Shown: piece after piece, positions 15,672 through 30,072 of the stretch
Numbering within the stretch: the stretch's first letter is position 1
Layout of the letters: every line of letters begins with the position of its first letter
Source: Chrysomallon squamiferum
Taxonomy: Eukaryota; Animalia; Mollusca
Length of the DNA: 64,000 nt
Assembly (NCBI GenBank): GCA_012295275.1
Contig: CM022669.1
Span: 8,928,001 to 8,992,000, forward strand
Direction of reading: 5' to 3'
Made by a program: the position numbers and the translations under genes
Notes under the pieces: generated by a model
Told to the model about the DNA's origin: nothing
Seen by the model: the letters and a program-made list of their open reading frames with translations, nothing else
Database searches by the model: none

Positions 15672-17783
15672 GAAGAAGAAGAAGAAATAAATAAATACAC
15701 CTTATTTTCAGTTAATACAACTTTCATCTGTGACGTTTTTTAATTACAGACTCATTGCACCCCACGTCACTTTAACCACATAGATGTGGTGTGACTCAAA
15801 ACAATAACCGCCTGACGTCATTACAACGGTTTAAATATAGATATGGGTGGCTATTTGTTTATTTCAGTAACTGCCATGGTAAAAGCTGGAAATAAAACTA
15901 AAAATGCGTCTTCTTGTCGGAAAGTACCTTCGGGTTTCTACTCGAGAAGAACTGTGGTATCCTCATTATAGGCATCATCTCATAAGCTATACCAGCTGGG
16001 AATTAATTACTGGTTGGAATTGGAAAATAGGCTGACCAAGGATGACTGCTTCTATGATTTATCGTGTCTGATTCCATAGCGTTACCACTGTTGTAATTTG
16101 ATATTACTGTTAAAAAAAATAATCAAGAGCCTAACCATATCCCCAGTACTAATTTATCATGCAGTCACCCCCACCCCGCAACACACACCAACCTACCGCA
16201 ACGCCAGATGTAAATTTGCTACATGTATTTAACTATCAGCTATGCTGCAGCACATAATAATAGAAGCTTGCAATTAGTTATTTTTAGCCCACTATCCAAA
16301 ATCGTTTCTCGCAAGCTCCAGCCAGTAAACACCTGTTAATAGCAATAGTACATGTAAGCCACTGACAACGATACATAGTCCCACCCACCCTCTGTTAACG
16401 TTACGCTCGTTGGGTTTGACTGACAGCTGTCAGTAGCCATTTTTACACAGCGCAGGCCGAAAATCAATAACAGTCCTTTTCGCAACAATAGGCCATGGAA
16501 CAGGGGCACTCGGCAACAAACAAATCTGCCAGCAAGAGCACAGTGCAACTTGTTAGAACAATGTAACTTGTGATAGGACGAGATTGTTACGTAAGACAAC
16601 CGAGGTCACTCCCACTCGAACCAATGGAGAAACTGTGTCAACAGAAATGACGTCTGTGCAATATACACTTCTCGTTTTGTTTGCTCGAGGGAAATTGACT
16701 CAGACGAGAGGCAAACTTGTCGAGTTCGTAGCAGCTTTTGAAAATATTCACCACTTCTAAATTTAGCCGCGGATTATCAAATCTGCCATGCACTGGGCTA
16801 CGGTAAAACCATATCGTTTTGTATCATTCTCCACCCCCGCTACAACTGCAGGATTTGATTTCTGGTGTAATAGATATTTCATTAACTACACGTATTGTTT
16901 ACAGCCTGGCTAATCCAGGGTTATCAAATAAAACACTCTATAAATCCAAGATCTTGGCGAATTAACTGCGATATATACTTCTTAAAATATTATTATACTA
17001 GAAGGCTTTACACACGGGGCGGAATATATCCGGGTATTTAGACATCACTGTTATTAACCTAACATTTCAATTTAAAATGGGGAGGTGTTTTATACATTGC
17101 TGAAAAAAAAAAAAAAAAAAAAAAAATAAAAAAAAAAAAAAAAAAAAATAAAAAAAATAAATAAATAATTTTTTTTAATAAAACCTCATTTATATATCGA
17201 AATATTTCTGTGAAAAAAAGTATTATTCACTAATGAAGTTCTTGTTGTTAACATTAGTATGTAAACAACAATTAGTTTTCTGACCACGAATGTTAAAATC
17301 GATACGCCTAGTAAACACGATTGTTAAAATCGATACGCCTAGTAAACACGATTGTTAAAATCGATACGCCTAGTAAACACAATTGTTAAAATCGATACGC
17401 CTGGTAAACAACACAATTGTTAAATCGATACTTGCTGTTAACATAGAAAGTATTTAAAACATTACGTATTACAAACATAAATATGTGAACAGGGCCGTGC
17501 TGTGTAAATAAGAATATTGTAAACAACCATGCAGTACAATTGTAAACTCTGATACACTGAAAGCGCATTATGATTATGCTGTTCAAACATGGATGTGTTA
17601 AAAACAAATACAAACACTTCTTAACGAAAATAAATTATTATTCGATACTAATAATTAAGTGGACTGGGTTCAAACATGCAAACCCCCACTCCACCCCTCC
17701 CTATATCTACTTATGGTACTCCCTGAAATGAAAAGGTTCATTGCACAGAATTAAAAACTCACTGGATGGCGGTTGGGAAACAT
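232..17783 (-). CDS. gro: Groucho/TLE transcriptional corepressor, 5' part (Q domain, 6 exons; gene continues beyond the left edge)
   Basis: join of 17763-17783, 14398-14495, 10092-10155, 7601-7645, 1682-1744, 232-306 gives [122 protein letters not shown], the Groucho/TLE Q domain; all introns GT-AG with compatible phases. Confidence 0.97.
1271..1620. repeat. Intronic minisatellite, about 35-bp unit, about 10 copies
   Basis: unit cacagtagactgtttctgtaacatactgtaactta; ends about 60 bp from the donor of groucho exon 5. Confidence 0.9.
1682..1744 (-). CDS. gro: groucho/TLE coding exon 5
   Basis: ttcag acceptor, [21 protein letters not shown], gtacgt donor, 63 nt. Confidence 0.96.
7601..7645 (-). 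CDS. gro: groucho/TLE coding exon 4
   Basis: ttcag acceptor, [15 protein letters not shown], gtaagt donor, 45 nt. Confidence 0.96.
10092..10155 (-). CDS. gro: groucho/TLE coding exon 3
   Basis: aacag acceptor, [21 protein letters not shown], gtaagt donor, 64 nt. Confidence 0.96.
14070..14402. repeat. Minisatellite, about 34-bp unit, about 10 copies, overlapping the groucho exon 2 donor
   Basis: unit tacacaccagtgacacatacaaagtgtatataac; terminal copy is tacatacctgtg, the exon 2/intron junction. Confidence 0.88.
14398..14495 (-). CDS. gro: groucho/TLE coding exon 2
   Basis: tacag acceptor, [32 protein letters not shown](S), gtatgt donor, 98 nt. Confidence 0.96.
17291..17430. repeat. Minisatellite, 31-bp unit, about 4.5 copies, groucho intron 1
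   Basis: unit tgttaaaatcgatacgcctagtaaacacgat at 17291, 17322, 17353 and onward. Confidence 0.9.
17763..17783 (-). CDS. gro: groucho/TLE first coding exon (MFPNRHP)
   Basis: ATG TTT CCC AAC CGC CAT CCA followed by gtgagt donor; resembles the TLE N-terminus MFPQSRHP. Confidence 0.9.
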
Positions 17784-18204
17784 GATATCTTTCCGTGTTC
17801 TCACTCCAACCAATTTCAGATCACGTGTTTACTTAGCGCGTGGAACAAAGAGCACGCGCATTGTTGAACAGCCAATGTAAACAACAAACGTTGTATGCGT
17901 CTGTATACGTATATATGTAACACACATAAACACACATATATTTATAGACACGTATATCCCGATATTTCCTCGTTCTCTCTTCTTTCTATCCTTGGATATC
18001 CGCTCAGCACAATTTCGCTGTATATCCGTAGAACGGCACAGAGAGAATGGGGTGAAAGCACATATACACACAAACAACACACACTAGTAAAAATGAAACG
18101 CGGCTTAGATCAATCCATTGGTTTCAAACGTATCCTACTCGTGAAAACCAGTTCACATGATCGAGAGCTTTTTTTCCCCTTCTTCTTCTTCTTTTTTTAA
18201 ATTT

Positions 18205-18240
<36 letters not shown>

Positions 18241-18469
18241 CTTTTTTGTCTTGAAACAGACACCGACAGAGTCGTTTGTGGACTGCGAACGCTAAATGTA
18301 GGTCGGCCTCTTTCCTCCGCGGTGAATCCAAAATGTACGCAGATACTCGCAGAAACAGAATATGTATTTTTTTTTTATCCTTCAAGGAATCGCCAGTTAG
18401 CACGCCACACACAAGCACATAATCTAACAAGGTGTAATCGTCACTGCTAACAATGGCAGTCGGCAAATA

Positions 18470-18690
18470 TAGCTCGCCATATAAGGGGCCGAATGATTGG
18501 GCCTATCAACAAACATAAAACGCAGTGATCGGCTTAACAACCCACGTGCAGTTATTAGCTATGCACAAGTACCGCAGACGTTCGGCCAATGAAATGTCAG
18601 CGAGCGTTTAGGGCGGATCTTTTCGCGCCGTTTTGTGCATAATGTGTGAATATATTATCTGTCACTCAAACCCACGTGGGTTAACAAGTG
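18470..18690 (-). promoter_or_regulatory. Probable groucho proximal promoter
   Basis: CpG-rich; CArG CCATATAAGG 18477-18486, ATTGG 18496-18500, CACGTG 18543 and 18673, CCAAT 18586, GGGCGG 18611, E2F-type TTTCGCGC 18621; about 700-900 bp upstream of the ATG. Confidence 0.7.
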
Positions 18691-19207
18691 GCAGAGTAAC
18701 GAGTAAAGGCAAAACCATTAACAAACAAATAAAAACGAAACCCAAAAGAAGAAAGTAACGTAACGGAGCATCATTTAAATAATACATTTTACTTTCTCTG
18801 CCTTCTTGTTTAAAAATTTCATTTTATATATATATATATATATATATGAATGTATGTATGTATGTATGTATGTATGTATGTATGTATGTATGTATGTATG
18901 TATTTTTTTATTATTATTTTTTTTTAAAATGATAAATCTTAGTCTTTATTTGCTGTCTAAATTACTGTAATTGTAGTTTATAAATAAAATATTCATGTTT
19001 TACTACTAAATATTAAAGGGGAAGTTTTGATGAACTAACCGAGAAAACCGTATTTTGATTGGCTGATACATGATTTCACCCAGGAGACGCCCACCTCTTG
19101 GTAAGGTTCATATAAAATGCACTCTGTTTAATGTAGCGGAGAACGGATCCATAAATAATATCATTTTAATGCGTATTCCATTTCCTTTGACGCACACATT
19201 TAAAAAA

Positions 19208-19270
<63 letters not shown>

Positions 19271-19530
19271 CATTTTAAATTTATTTTAGGACTATATAAA
19301 AAAAATGTGTATAAATTTTCAGTGTTTTTTTTTTTTGTTTTGTTTGTTTGTTTTCTTTCTTTCTTTCTTTCTTCGTTTTCCAAATATCCCATAAAGTATT
19401 TAATGACTTTGGTTCAGAATTTGCTGTACATACAAGTTCAAATAAATACAAAATTATTAATAACTAACGTACGATAGAGACAGAAACAGAAAATTGGCGA
19501 CACACAAGCAAACAATTAAAGTAAAAACAA

Positions 19531-19581
<51 letters not shown>

Positions 19582-19737
19582 AATTAAAAAATTCTGTAAT
19601 GAAAAAAATAAATAATAATAATAATAATAATTTTAAGTGTTTTTTCTGCACGTACTAAGGATAGAACCACTGGTCGACTATTAAAGACATAACAATTATA
19701 AATTAATTCTTTGGAACATCACAGACAGATTTCTTAA

Positions 19738-19796
<59 letters not shown>

Positions 19797-19899
19797 TTTA
19801 ATTTTTTTTTAATAACTCGGGCGTTTAGGAATGGAAGGAATGTAAGCAGGTAGATAGAAAGACAGAGTAAAATCAGACAGGAAATTAGACAGGCGTACA

Positions 19900-20053
19900 G
19901 AAAGATAGACGGACAGACAGACAGACAGACTGAGAAAGATGTAATAATAATAGAAAAAATAACAAAAGGGGAGAAGAGAGTAAGAAGCAGACGATAAGAG
20001 AGAGAGGAGACAGACAGACTGACATACAGAGAGATAGATAGAGAGATAGAGAT

Positions 20054-20118
<65 letters not shown>

Positions 20119-20420
20119 TAGATAGATAGAGATAGAGATAGAGAGAGAGAGAGAATGAGAGATAAATAGATAGATAGAGATAGAGATAGAGAGAGAGAGA
20201 ATGAGAGATAAAGAGAGAGATAGATAGAGATAGAGAGAGATAGATAGATAGAGGAGAGAGATAGAGAAAGATAGAGATAGATAGATAGAGGAGAGAGATA
20301 GAGAAAGATAGAGATAGATAGATAGATAGATAGATAGTTAGAGAGAGATAGAGAGAGACAGAGACAGAGACGGAGACAGAGAGAGAGAGACAGAGACAGA
20401 GACAGAAAGAGAGAGAGCAC
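19900..20420. repeat. Compound purine-rich microsatellite (GA/GATA/GACA)n
   Basis: directly visible; source of the spurious 220-aa and 231-aa ORFs. Confidence 0.95.
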
Positions 20421-20955
20421 GTTTGATTGGAATTCAGAATCGGTAATCTTCGCAAAACGACGAGAGCTCTTCACGAGAAATGTCGAGAGCTTTTCCAACG
20501 TCACGTGACCAAGTACGATTTCGTCATTATCTTCTTAATTTCGGTTCTTGTGCTGCCGGAGAGTGGTATTTGTATGGGTTCTCGAATATTTCTCTTTCGG
20601 ACGAGGACTCGTCGAGGACGTGAAGGACCGCTGGGTGCACTCTCCCTGGCCCGAGGGGTCTTACAGGTTCGCAAACTGATTGAAAAGCTGCTTCGAGTGG
20701 AAACTCCAGACGACGTCGAACTTGTTGGTTCCAACGTCCGCCGACGTTAATGTCTGACAGATGAAACTGGAGAGCTCTCTATCTGATAGGCCGGCTCGAG
20801 TGCTCCGCGAAAAAAGGTGGAATGATGCCCACCACGTGCTCCGCGCAAAGTTTTAAAAGAGGATTTCCTCTTCTGCTATCCGGGTTTTTTTTTCTTTTCT
20901 TTCAGCATTTTGTCGACGGGGGCTTGGTGTAATAAGATTGATTTTAAAAGTCAGG

Positions 20956-21038
<83 letters not shown>

Positions 21039-21042
21039 CATT

Positions 21043-21090
<48 letters not shown>

Positions 21091-21191
21091 GTTAATAGCA
21101 TTTATAATGATCTTAGTATAAGCTGGATATACAAGTGATTTATTTAATTCACTTAATACAGTTTTAATCGACGGTATTTTTTTATGTAATA

Positions 21192-21238
<47 letters not shown>

Positions 21239-21404
21239 TTCAGTACATAAAATAATTGCCAAAATTTCATTATTCACATTATTTATCTCTCTTAACAAAA
21301 TACAGTAAGTAACATTATTTAATTCTTCAGTAATCTTGTGAGTAATTTTCCTGTTCTAGACAAAGCTGTCGCGTTCATCCACTTTGGATGATAAATTAAG
21401 GAAG

Positions 21405-21890
21405 GATGTATGTAAATATATGTGTATATATGTGTGTGTGTATGTATGTATGTATGTATGTATGTATGTATGTATGTATGTATGTGTGTGTGTGTATGTA
21501 TGTATGTGTGTGAATGCATGTATGTATGTATGTATGTATGTGTGTGTGTGTGTGAAGGTATGTATGTATGTATCTATGTTTGTATATGTGTGTATGTATA
21601 TGTGTATGTATATATATATATATGTTTGTGTGTGTATGTATGTATGTATGTATGTGTGTGTGTGTATGTATGTGTGTATGTATGTATGTATGTATGTATG
21701 TATGTATATTTGTATGCATGTCTCTGTAAGTGCTTGTATGTGTATGTATTATATGTATATATGTTTTTGTATGTGTGTATGTATATGTGTGTGTGTATGT
21801 ATGTATGTATGTATGTATGTATGTATGTATGTAGGTAGGTAGGTAGGTAGGTAGGTATTATGTACGTGAGTACGTAGGTATGCATGTATT
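21405..21890. repeat. Compound (TATG/TG)n microsatellite
   Basis: directly visible. Confidence 0.95.
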
Positions 21891-22327
21891 AATAATTGTG
21901 TATTAGTATATATAAACTTATTTTTAACAAAACCAGTAGTCAGGGAGATATCAGTTTACGTCAGACCTGATAGTGGGGACAATGAGTGTACTTCTTGAAC
22001 GCAATTAATGTTCTCTTCACACCACGTTCTCACAAGCCGCACGTGCAGTGACGACTCTACAGCTACTGAATGCACACTCATTACGTACAGCTTCCTGTTT
22101 GTCTAATTTGCAGAATGTGGATGAATGCTGCAATGTGTTATGAACGTGACAATTAAAATATTGACTTTTTCCCCGCCATGTCATTGGTCAGTTGTTGTAA
22201 AGGCCAAACCATTCGATGTTAGAACGAAACAAATAAATAAATAAGTAAGTAAATCAATAAACGTAAGTAATTTACAAAATAAATAAATAGATACAAAAAA
22301 AAAAAAAAAAAAAAAAAACCAAACAAT

Positions 22328-22380
<53 letters not shown>

Positions 22381-22892
22381 CGTAAATAAATAAATAAATA
22401 AATAAACAAAGTTGCTCTTACTACTACTATTACAATTACCACCAACACCACAACTACATTTCCTGCTACTACAATTTTCATGACTGTTTTTGAATCCCCG
22501 TCTGGGGAAATGTGACGTCAGTAATTAAAGATAAGAAATGACTGTTTTGGCGCCAAGATTTTCCTGTTACCATGACACTGTGACAACGTGAATGTACTGC
22601 AGTTAACCCACGAAGTGATGTCATATTTAACAGATTAATTTCGTCTTTATAGATCAGTGACGTAAAAACATAGGCATTTGCTAACATACTTGCTTGTTTT
22701 ATCATTTTATACTTTTCATAAGTGCTTTATTGTTGTTGTTTTTTTTCTTTTTCTTATTATTATTATTATTTTTTTTTTTTTTGCTTTTCCATAATTCTGA
22801 CGGACTTTGATTCACAGTCTAATTGCCAAAATTTAATAACAGGTTTATATTAGTTGTTCATTTTTAACTGTGATTGCAACTCTGAAGACAGG

Positions 22893-22924
<32 letters not shown>

Positions 22925-23490
22925 AACCACATACTAGTATTGATCAACTGACCACATCGTGTGAGAACGGTCCGTGTTTCTGATTCGACCATTAGACCTG
23001 ACAATCCCTTAATTACGAAGACAATTACTATTCCCCGAACGCCGTCATTAATTCATCCGCGCTTCTCGGGCGCATTCCAAACGTGATGTCACGAAAGAAA
23101 GAAGATCCAATCAATTTCCTCCCCAAAACGCCGTGTCCGCTATCTGCGCATGCTCCGCGGTGCCGTCTGTAATGACTAACGCGTATGCGTCGCTCTCGGT
23201 TATCTCCGGAACAGGCCACGGGGTCGCCAATCGAATGGCACCTGATTTGCATTATGGGATTGAGCCCGTAGCGCCGCCATAGCGCGTAATGACACACGAC
23301 CAACAAAGGCGTATTTGCTCTCGCTGGAAAAAGCTAATATTTGGAAAGCTGTTTAGGGGAGAGGTGCAAACACTTGCAGTTTGACCGAGGAGCTGCGCGT
23401 GTTATTGTACCGGTGTTTTGCAATCAATACGTTAAATAAATGTTGCAATTACATGTTAGTCCGAGCAAGTGGCAGTAAAGAATTTTTTAA

Positions 23491-23541
<51 letters not shown>

Positions 23542-24439
23542 TATTATTTTTTTTTTTTATTAAATATCGAAACAAATAAAGAAAATAATATTTTCTTTAT
23601 TATTAATTTTTTAATAGTGCTTTTTTCGTTATTTTTATTTTCATTTCTTTCCTTTTTTTTTTTTTTTTTAATCTTTTTTTAATCTTTTTCCTTTTTTCTA
23701 GTAATAATAACAAAAAAAAAAAAATTAAAATAGGAAAAAAATAAAAAGAAAGGCGAAGCGGTTTTGAATCACTGAAATCATAGACAAGGTTTGAAATGGT
23801 GTTTATGTGGATGAATGCGTTTCTGTGTGTGTGTGTCTGTGTGTGTCTGTGCGTGTGTACTGGTGCGAACGTGTGAGAAAGGAAAAGAAATGACTGTTTC
23901 ACTCAGATAACTTCTCGTAATTCTCAACTAGAAAATGTCCGCTTGACGTCGTTCTAGCTGCTGTGTATCTGCGGCAGTAACACGTCGTATCGACCGCTGT
24001 TACGTTTCTCGCCGAGACGTCGTCCTAGCCGTGATGTATCGTCCCCTGAGTAGTCGCTGATTGCAACCTTGATATAATTATTGATCGAGTCTCAGTTTGA
24101 ATTATTTCACTCACTGCCCAATCATGGCGGGAATCAGTTAATTTTGTGGTCGACCACGGGGAAAAAGAGAATTCATATAAAAAAAAAAGAAAAAAAAAAA
24201 AAAAAAAAAAAAAAAAGAAAAGAAAAAAAATATATAAAGAAAGAAAAAAGATGAAGATAAAAATAAAACGAAAATAATGAACTTCAGTAGCAGCTGTATT
24301 TATCTAGAAACATTTTGTGTGTGTGTGTGTGTGTGTGTGTTTGTCTATATGTGTGTGTGTGTATATATATGTGTGTGTATATGTATATATATATGTATAT
24401 GTATATGTATATATATATGTATATATATATAAATATATT

Positions 24440-24900
24440 TATAAACACACACAATAACGTGATCTCAGTTACAAACACAAATTGTTAATGTTTATAAACA
24501 CACACAATAACGTGATCTCAGTTACAGTAATTGTTACATATTTATAAACACACACAATAACGTGGTCTCAGTTACAGTAATTGTTACATATTTATAAACA
24601 CATACACAGTAACGTGATCTCAGTTACAGTAATTGTTACATATTTATAAACACATACACAGTAACGTGATCTCAGTTACAGTAATTGTTACATATTTATA
24701 AACACACACACAATAACGTGATCTCAGTTACAGTAATTGTTACATATTTATAAACACACACACAATAACGTGGTCTTTGTTACAGTAATTGTTACATACT
24801 TATAAACACACACAAACAATAACGTGGTTGGTCTCAGTTACAGCATTTATAAAACGGACACACACAACAAACGCTGTGTCAGTTACAGTAATTGTTACAC
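24440..24900. repeat. Minisatellite, about 50-bp unit, about 9 copies
   Basis: unit tttataaacacacacaataacgtgatctcagttacagtaattgttacata; abuts the CpG-rich island that starts at 24900. Confidence 0.92.
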
Positions 24901-25237
24901 GTCGGCCTATCGTCTACTTTAATCTACTCGTGGTGCTCTCTCTCTCTCTCTCTCTACACCTCTTGACAGTGCTATATTTACTCAGTGTAGTCTCCCACTT
25001 TGTCCCACTCGACCCCACGAGCTCGTGTGTCGAGGCCACAGCGCCGTGAAGAATACGGAGAGCACTGGATAGGACTCTGAATGCAGATAGACGAACTCGT
25101 GTATTCATCGCTGATCGATATCGTCTACAAGTTTTACGTCACACTTCGCCTCGACAATTCACTCCGGCTCCCGGACGAATAAACCAACAATTATCTTTTG
25201 AAAAAAAAAAAAAAAAAAAAAAAAATTAAAAAAAAAG

Positions 25238-25272
<35 letters not shown>

Positions 25273-25504
25273 AGAAGAAATTGCTTTCACACATGGTCCG
25301 CGTTTTACATGGCACCCGCTGTTATTACAGCGACGGTAGCGATGGCAGTAGCAGCGTGGCACGCGCGACGAGCGTTGTCATGGGAACGGCGAGGGGCAGA
25401 CAGAGATCAAGAGCGATGTATGTATTCAGAATTTTACAGCGTTCCCCCCCATTCTTCCTCCCACCCACCTCCTCCCCTGCTCTGCCCACACTGGAACACT
25501 GTCA

Positions 25505-25505
25505 C

Positions 25506-25588
<83 letters not shown>

Positions 25589-25950
25589 CGATGATGGTGA
25601 TGATGATGATGGTGATGATGATGATGATGATGATAATAATAATAATAATATTCTTAATCATGACCATGACAACAACAGTGATAATAATAAAATTAATATA
25701 CAAATAAGAATAAATAATTATATATATATATATATATATATAGATAGATAGATAGATAGATAAATAGATACATATAGATATAGATAGATAGATAAATAGA
25801 TTTGTATATATGCATGTATGTATGTATGTATGTATGTATGTATGTATGTATGTATGTGTGTATGTATGTGTGTATGTATGTATGTGTGTATGTATGTATG
25901 TATATATGTATGTAGGTATGTATGTAGGTATGCATGCATGCATGTACGTA
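25505..25950. repeat. Compound microsatellite (AAT)n(GAT)n(TA)n(GATA)n(TATG)n
   Basis: directly visible. Confidence 0.93.
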
Positions 25951-26446
25951 ATTATAAATCAAATGATTTCTATTTATTTCATCTAAACGAGGTGACAGTT
26001 TCGTTAATAAATCTTTTCAGAAACACTATAATTTTTTTTTTTTTTTTTTTTTTTTTTTATTCTTTCCCTTGCACACATCCGGGTCAATTTCTTGCATGAA
26101 CAGTTTAATGTTTTATTGAATCTCGTCACATAAAACACAAGTTAAACAAAGTGAACTAGTCAGACTGGAAAAACGCGTGTCTCGCAGCTACATTCTGTCA
26201 CAAATTCAAGTTTAAAAAAAAAAAATTAAAAAAAATCATTATCAGCTTTTAAAGGACAAGTGTAAAGGCATGCAGACGGAATAGAGAAAGTTTTTATTTT
26301 TATTTTATTTTTTTTATTTTTTATTTTTTTTATCGAACTCCTTATTCAGTCTGGCGATAGGTGTTTGCTGTTTTATCTTTCTTTCTTTTTTATCTTTTTT
26401 TTTTTTTGTTTTTAAATATATTTTATTTTTGAGGTGAAAGCCTGTG

Positions 26447-26510
<64 letters not shown>

Positions 26511-26554
26511 TGTGTGTGTGTGTTTATACAGTGTAAATGCACACACGCGCACCA

Positions 26555-26596
<42 letters not shown>

Positions 26597-26608
26597 AATA
26601 TATATAGA

Positions 26609-26712
<104 letters not shown>

Positions 26713-28266
26713 GTAACTGTCTATATATGACTGGCTATTTTGTCGTTTCCTTATTGAATCTTTCTAACTGTTGTTCTACTTACAGCTGAAGGCTAGAAAA
26801 TTTGAGTGAAATTGCTTGTTTAAAATGAATTGTTGAAAATAACTTATTTAAAATTACCATTTCAAGTGGAAATTTCCACGAAAAGTCTCACAGAGAAGGA
26901 AGAGATGTCATTAGGTCACTAGACACTTTTTATAAGTACAAACGTAAATGAGTACACACGTAAATAGATTTCTGTACATCAACACATTCATACACACAGA
27001 TATATATATATATATATTTATTATTATATAAACCATGAATAAATTAAAAACACATGCACATAAACATAGTCTCACACACAGTCATATTAACATAACGAAG
27101 AGAAACACAGAGTAAAAATGTTGAGTTTTATGGCTTTCTTTATGAATTGTCTTTTTAATAACCAACACAAAATTATACATTATACATTTCGATTCAGTCG
27201 CTGAGTTACCTGTCTGTCATAGAAATGTCATATATAATAAGTCAAATATGTCATACAGTTGATAGCAGTTATATAATTTATTATATGTCACATAATTATG
27301 TTACACAGTTGATGAAATATAACACTGGGGGCATAACTGTATAAAAAAAAAAAAAAAAAATAAAATAATAAAAAAAAAAATAAAAGTTGTCTGTTATCAA
27401 ATTCAACGAGGCGTATCAAAGCGCTGTCGGCAATTCTTTCACAAAAAAAACAAAACAACAACACACGATAACTTTCCTTTTCTCTCCATTTACAATACGT
27501 GCTCAGCGATGCGGAACGCGTTCTATTTATAACACTCAAGCGAACTGACACCTACACACACCAGGTTTCATACAGACGACCGTAAAAACAATGCCTGTGA
27601 TATTAATCTTTATTGATTTGTTCACGGTGAGATAAGTCAGAGATAATTCGTGTATAGAACGTGAGAATAATTCTCGTTTTTATCTCGTGACAGTCGTTTT
27701 CAAACACGTGCCGCCGCATAGTACATGGCGATTAGAACCAGTCTAATTCTGTACAACGTTAACGCCGTGGCGTTTTGTATTCATACAATGAAACGTGAAT
27801 ATCACAATACATTTTAATAATAATTAAAGGAAAGCCAGACAATAAGAATAAGGTATAATGATATAAAAAAAAAAAATAAAAAAAAATTGTAGAAAAAAAA
27901 AAAAATAAAATGAAATAAAATAAAATAAGCCAGAAACAAATGCTAATGAATAAATAAATAAATAAATAAATAAACATTGCTACTTCTAGTACTATTACTG
28001 TTGTTACTGCTGCAACTGCTATTATAAAGAAAGAAAGAAACAAACAAAAAACTTACTAACAATCTTTTTTTTTTTATTACTAATGCTACTACTGTTATTA
28101 CTGTCACTACGACTACCGCTACTGCTATTACAACATTACCAACATCAACACATACCACTGATAACATACCACTATCTTTACTATTATTACTATTGTTACT
28201 ATTACTACCACAACCACCACCATTACTAATACTACTACTTGAATTACTTCTGTTACTGTTGCAGTC

Positions 28267-28321
<55 letters not shown>

Positions 28322-30020
28322 ATCTATTAATACTAATACGATTTCATTTTTTTTTTCGGGCTCGTTTTTATTCATATTCCACTCATCAGAATTATCTGCC
28401 CTTGTCAGTTTACATCTGATCAGTCTGGCTTTACGTGATAGGTGCAAGGCGAACAGAGAAGCGAGAGCGAGAGTGAGAGAGAGAGAGAGAGCGAAAAAAA
28501 CAAAAAAAATCAATAATAATAAAATGACGAAGCGGCTTTCGTTAACTACAAAATAAAATAAATCGGTAAACAGAATCTCTTCTCCCAGCCCTAATGCAGA
28601 CTTGGTAAAGCGTATTAGCGCCGAGTGTAAAATCACATTGCCACGGATATCGATCGAAAACTCGTGCACACTGGACGAGGTAATTTGAAACTTGTAATTA
28701 ATTGTGAAAATCTGAAAACGTAGGGGCTGGCGATTCCGCTCTGGCGCGATCGATAATCGTTTTTACTGGAGTCGCGTGCAAGTCGCACTACCGCTAAACA
28801 TCGTTTTCCATACGCCAGGGAAATACATAACAATGGAGGATGTGGCGGGTTGACCCGGGAGAGGCGGGTATGGGGGGGAGGAGGTGATTGGAATGGTGCG
28901 AGGCCGAAAGAGGCAAAACGTTTTCAAATAATATATAAATTATTATTATTATTTATTATTATTTTATTATTATTTTATTATTAATACTTTTAAATTTAGA
29001 AAAAGGATAATTGGTTTCTTACGTATTTATTGCGAGGAAATGAAAAATTAATTAATTAATTTATTTACTGTGTTTGGAAAATGTGGCACACTATTTAAAC
29101 AAAATCATAAATCAAAAACAAAATAGAAAACAAATTCAAGAAACTTTAGATAGGTGAGGAATGGAAACAAATAAAAAAAACACAGAATAGAAAGAGTTTG
29201 TTTGAAGTTAGATAAAAGAGAAATGTCAGTCAACCTGTCAATCAAATTTGTAGACGAAGCAATCAGATCACGCCATGCTTTCTTCTTCAGCTAGCGGTGT
29301 AAGGGGAATAACTCCGTTCTAAGTTTTGACGTCACCTATATCGCAATTTGTCAACCTAACACAGAGGTATCGTATCAAAAAGTAATAAATAAAAACACAA
29401 CTTGGAATCTTGATCTGAGATCATATAAAATAATAACATAAAGTAATTATCCACACCATCATCTACATCATCATCATCATCTGTAGACTGCTACTTTCTA
29501 TTTTCTAAAAGTAATAAAATAAAGTTCAAAAGATCACAAGAACATAAATTTTGGCAAACAAACAAATCTCCTACTACATTCCATCTTTTCTTTGTTAAGC
29601 AACTACTAAAATAAATAAATAAATAAATAAATAAATAAAAAGAAGTCTAAGAGGAAGAAATAATAATAATAATAACGAAAATAAAAAGTTTCGCTTGAAA
29701 TCGTTTGCCATGGCGACGGTTACGCGAGTTCAAAATGTCGGTGCTCATTGTAAAAGGTGAATTTTTACGACCGACTAAACCACCCATGTAGAGTGTGTTT
29801 CTTTTGTCGCGAACTGCTTGTTTACACTGTCGCCTCACATTACGAGGAAACCTGTAATAAAAAACCTCTATAATTTATTAACAACAGCTTCAGTAAACAA
29901 AGAGACACCACCCATATCGCGTTCTGCCTATAAAACAGCGAGCTTTTCTTTTCGCGTCTTACAGTACAGATGTTGTAGAGAACTGGTTTGCTTATTTATT
30001 TATTTTTTTATTTATTTATT

Positions 30021-30072
<52 letters not shown>

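Noticed and set aside
19793-20504. 220-aa and 231-aa Leu/Ser-rich ORFs
   Set aside because: (TC/TATC)n microsatellite artefacts.
25198-26099. Poly-N/D/I/M and YVCM-type ORFs (also 21319-21885, 52163-52688 and similar)
   Set aside because: Simple-repeat translations with no splice or codon support.
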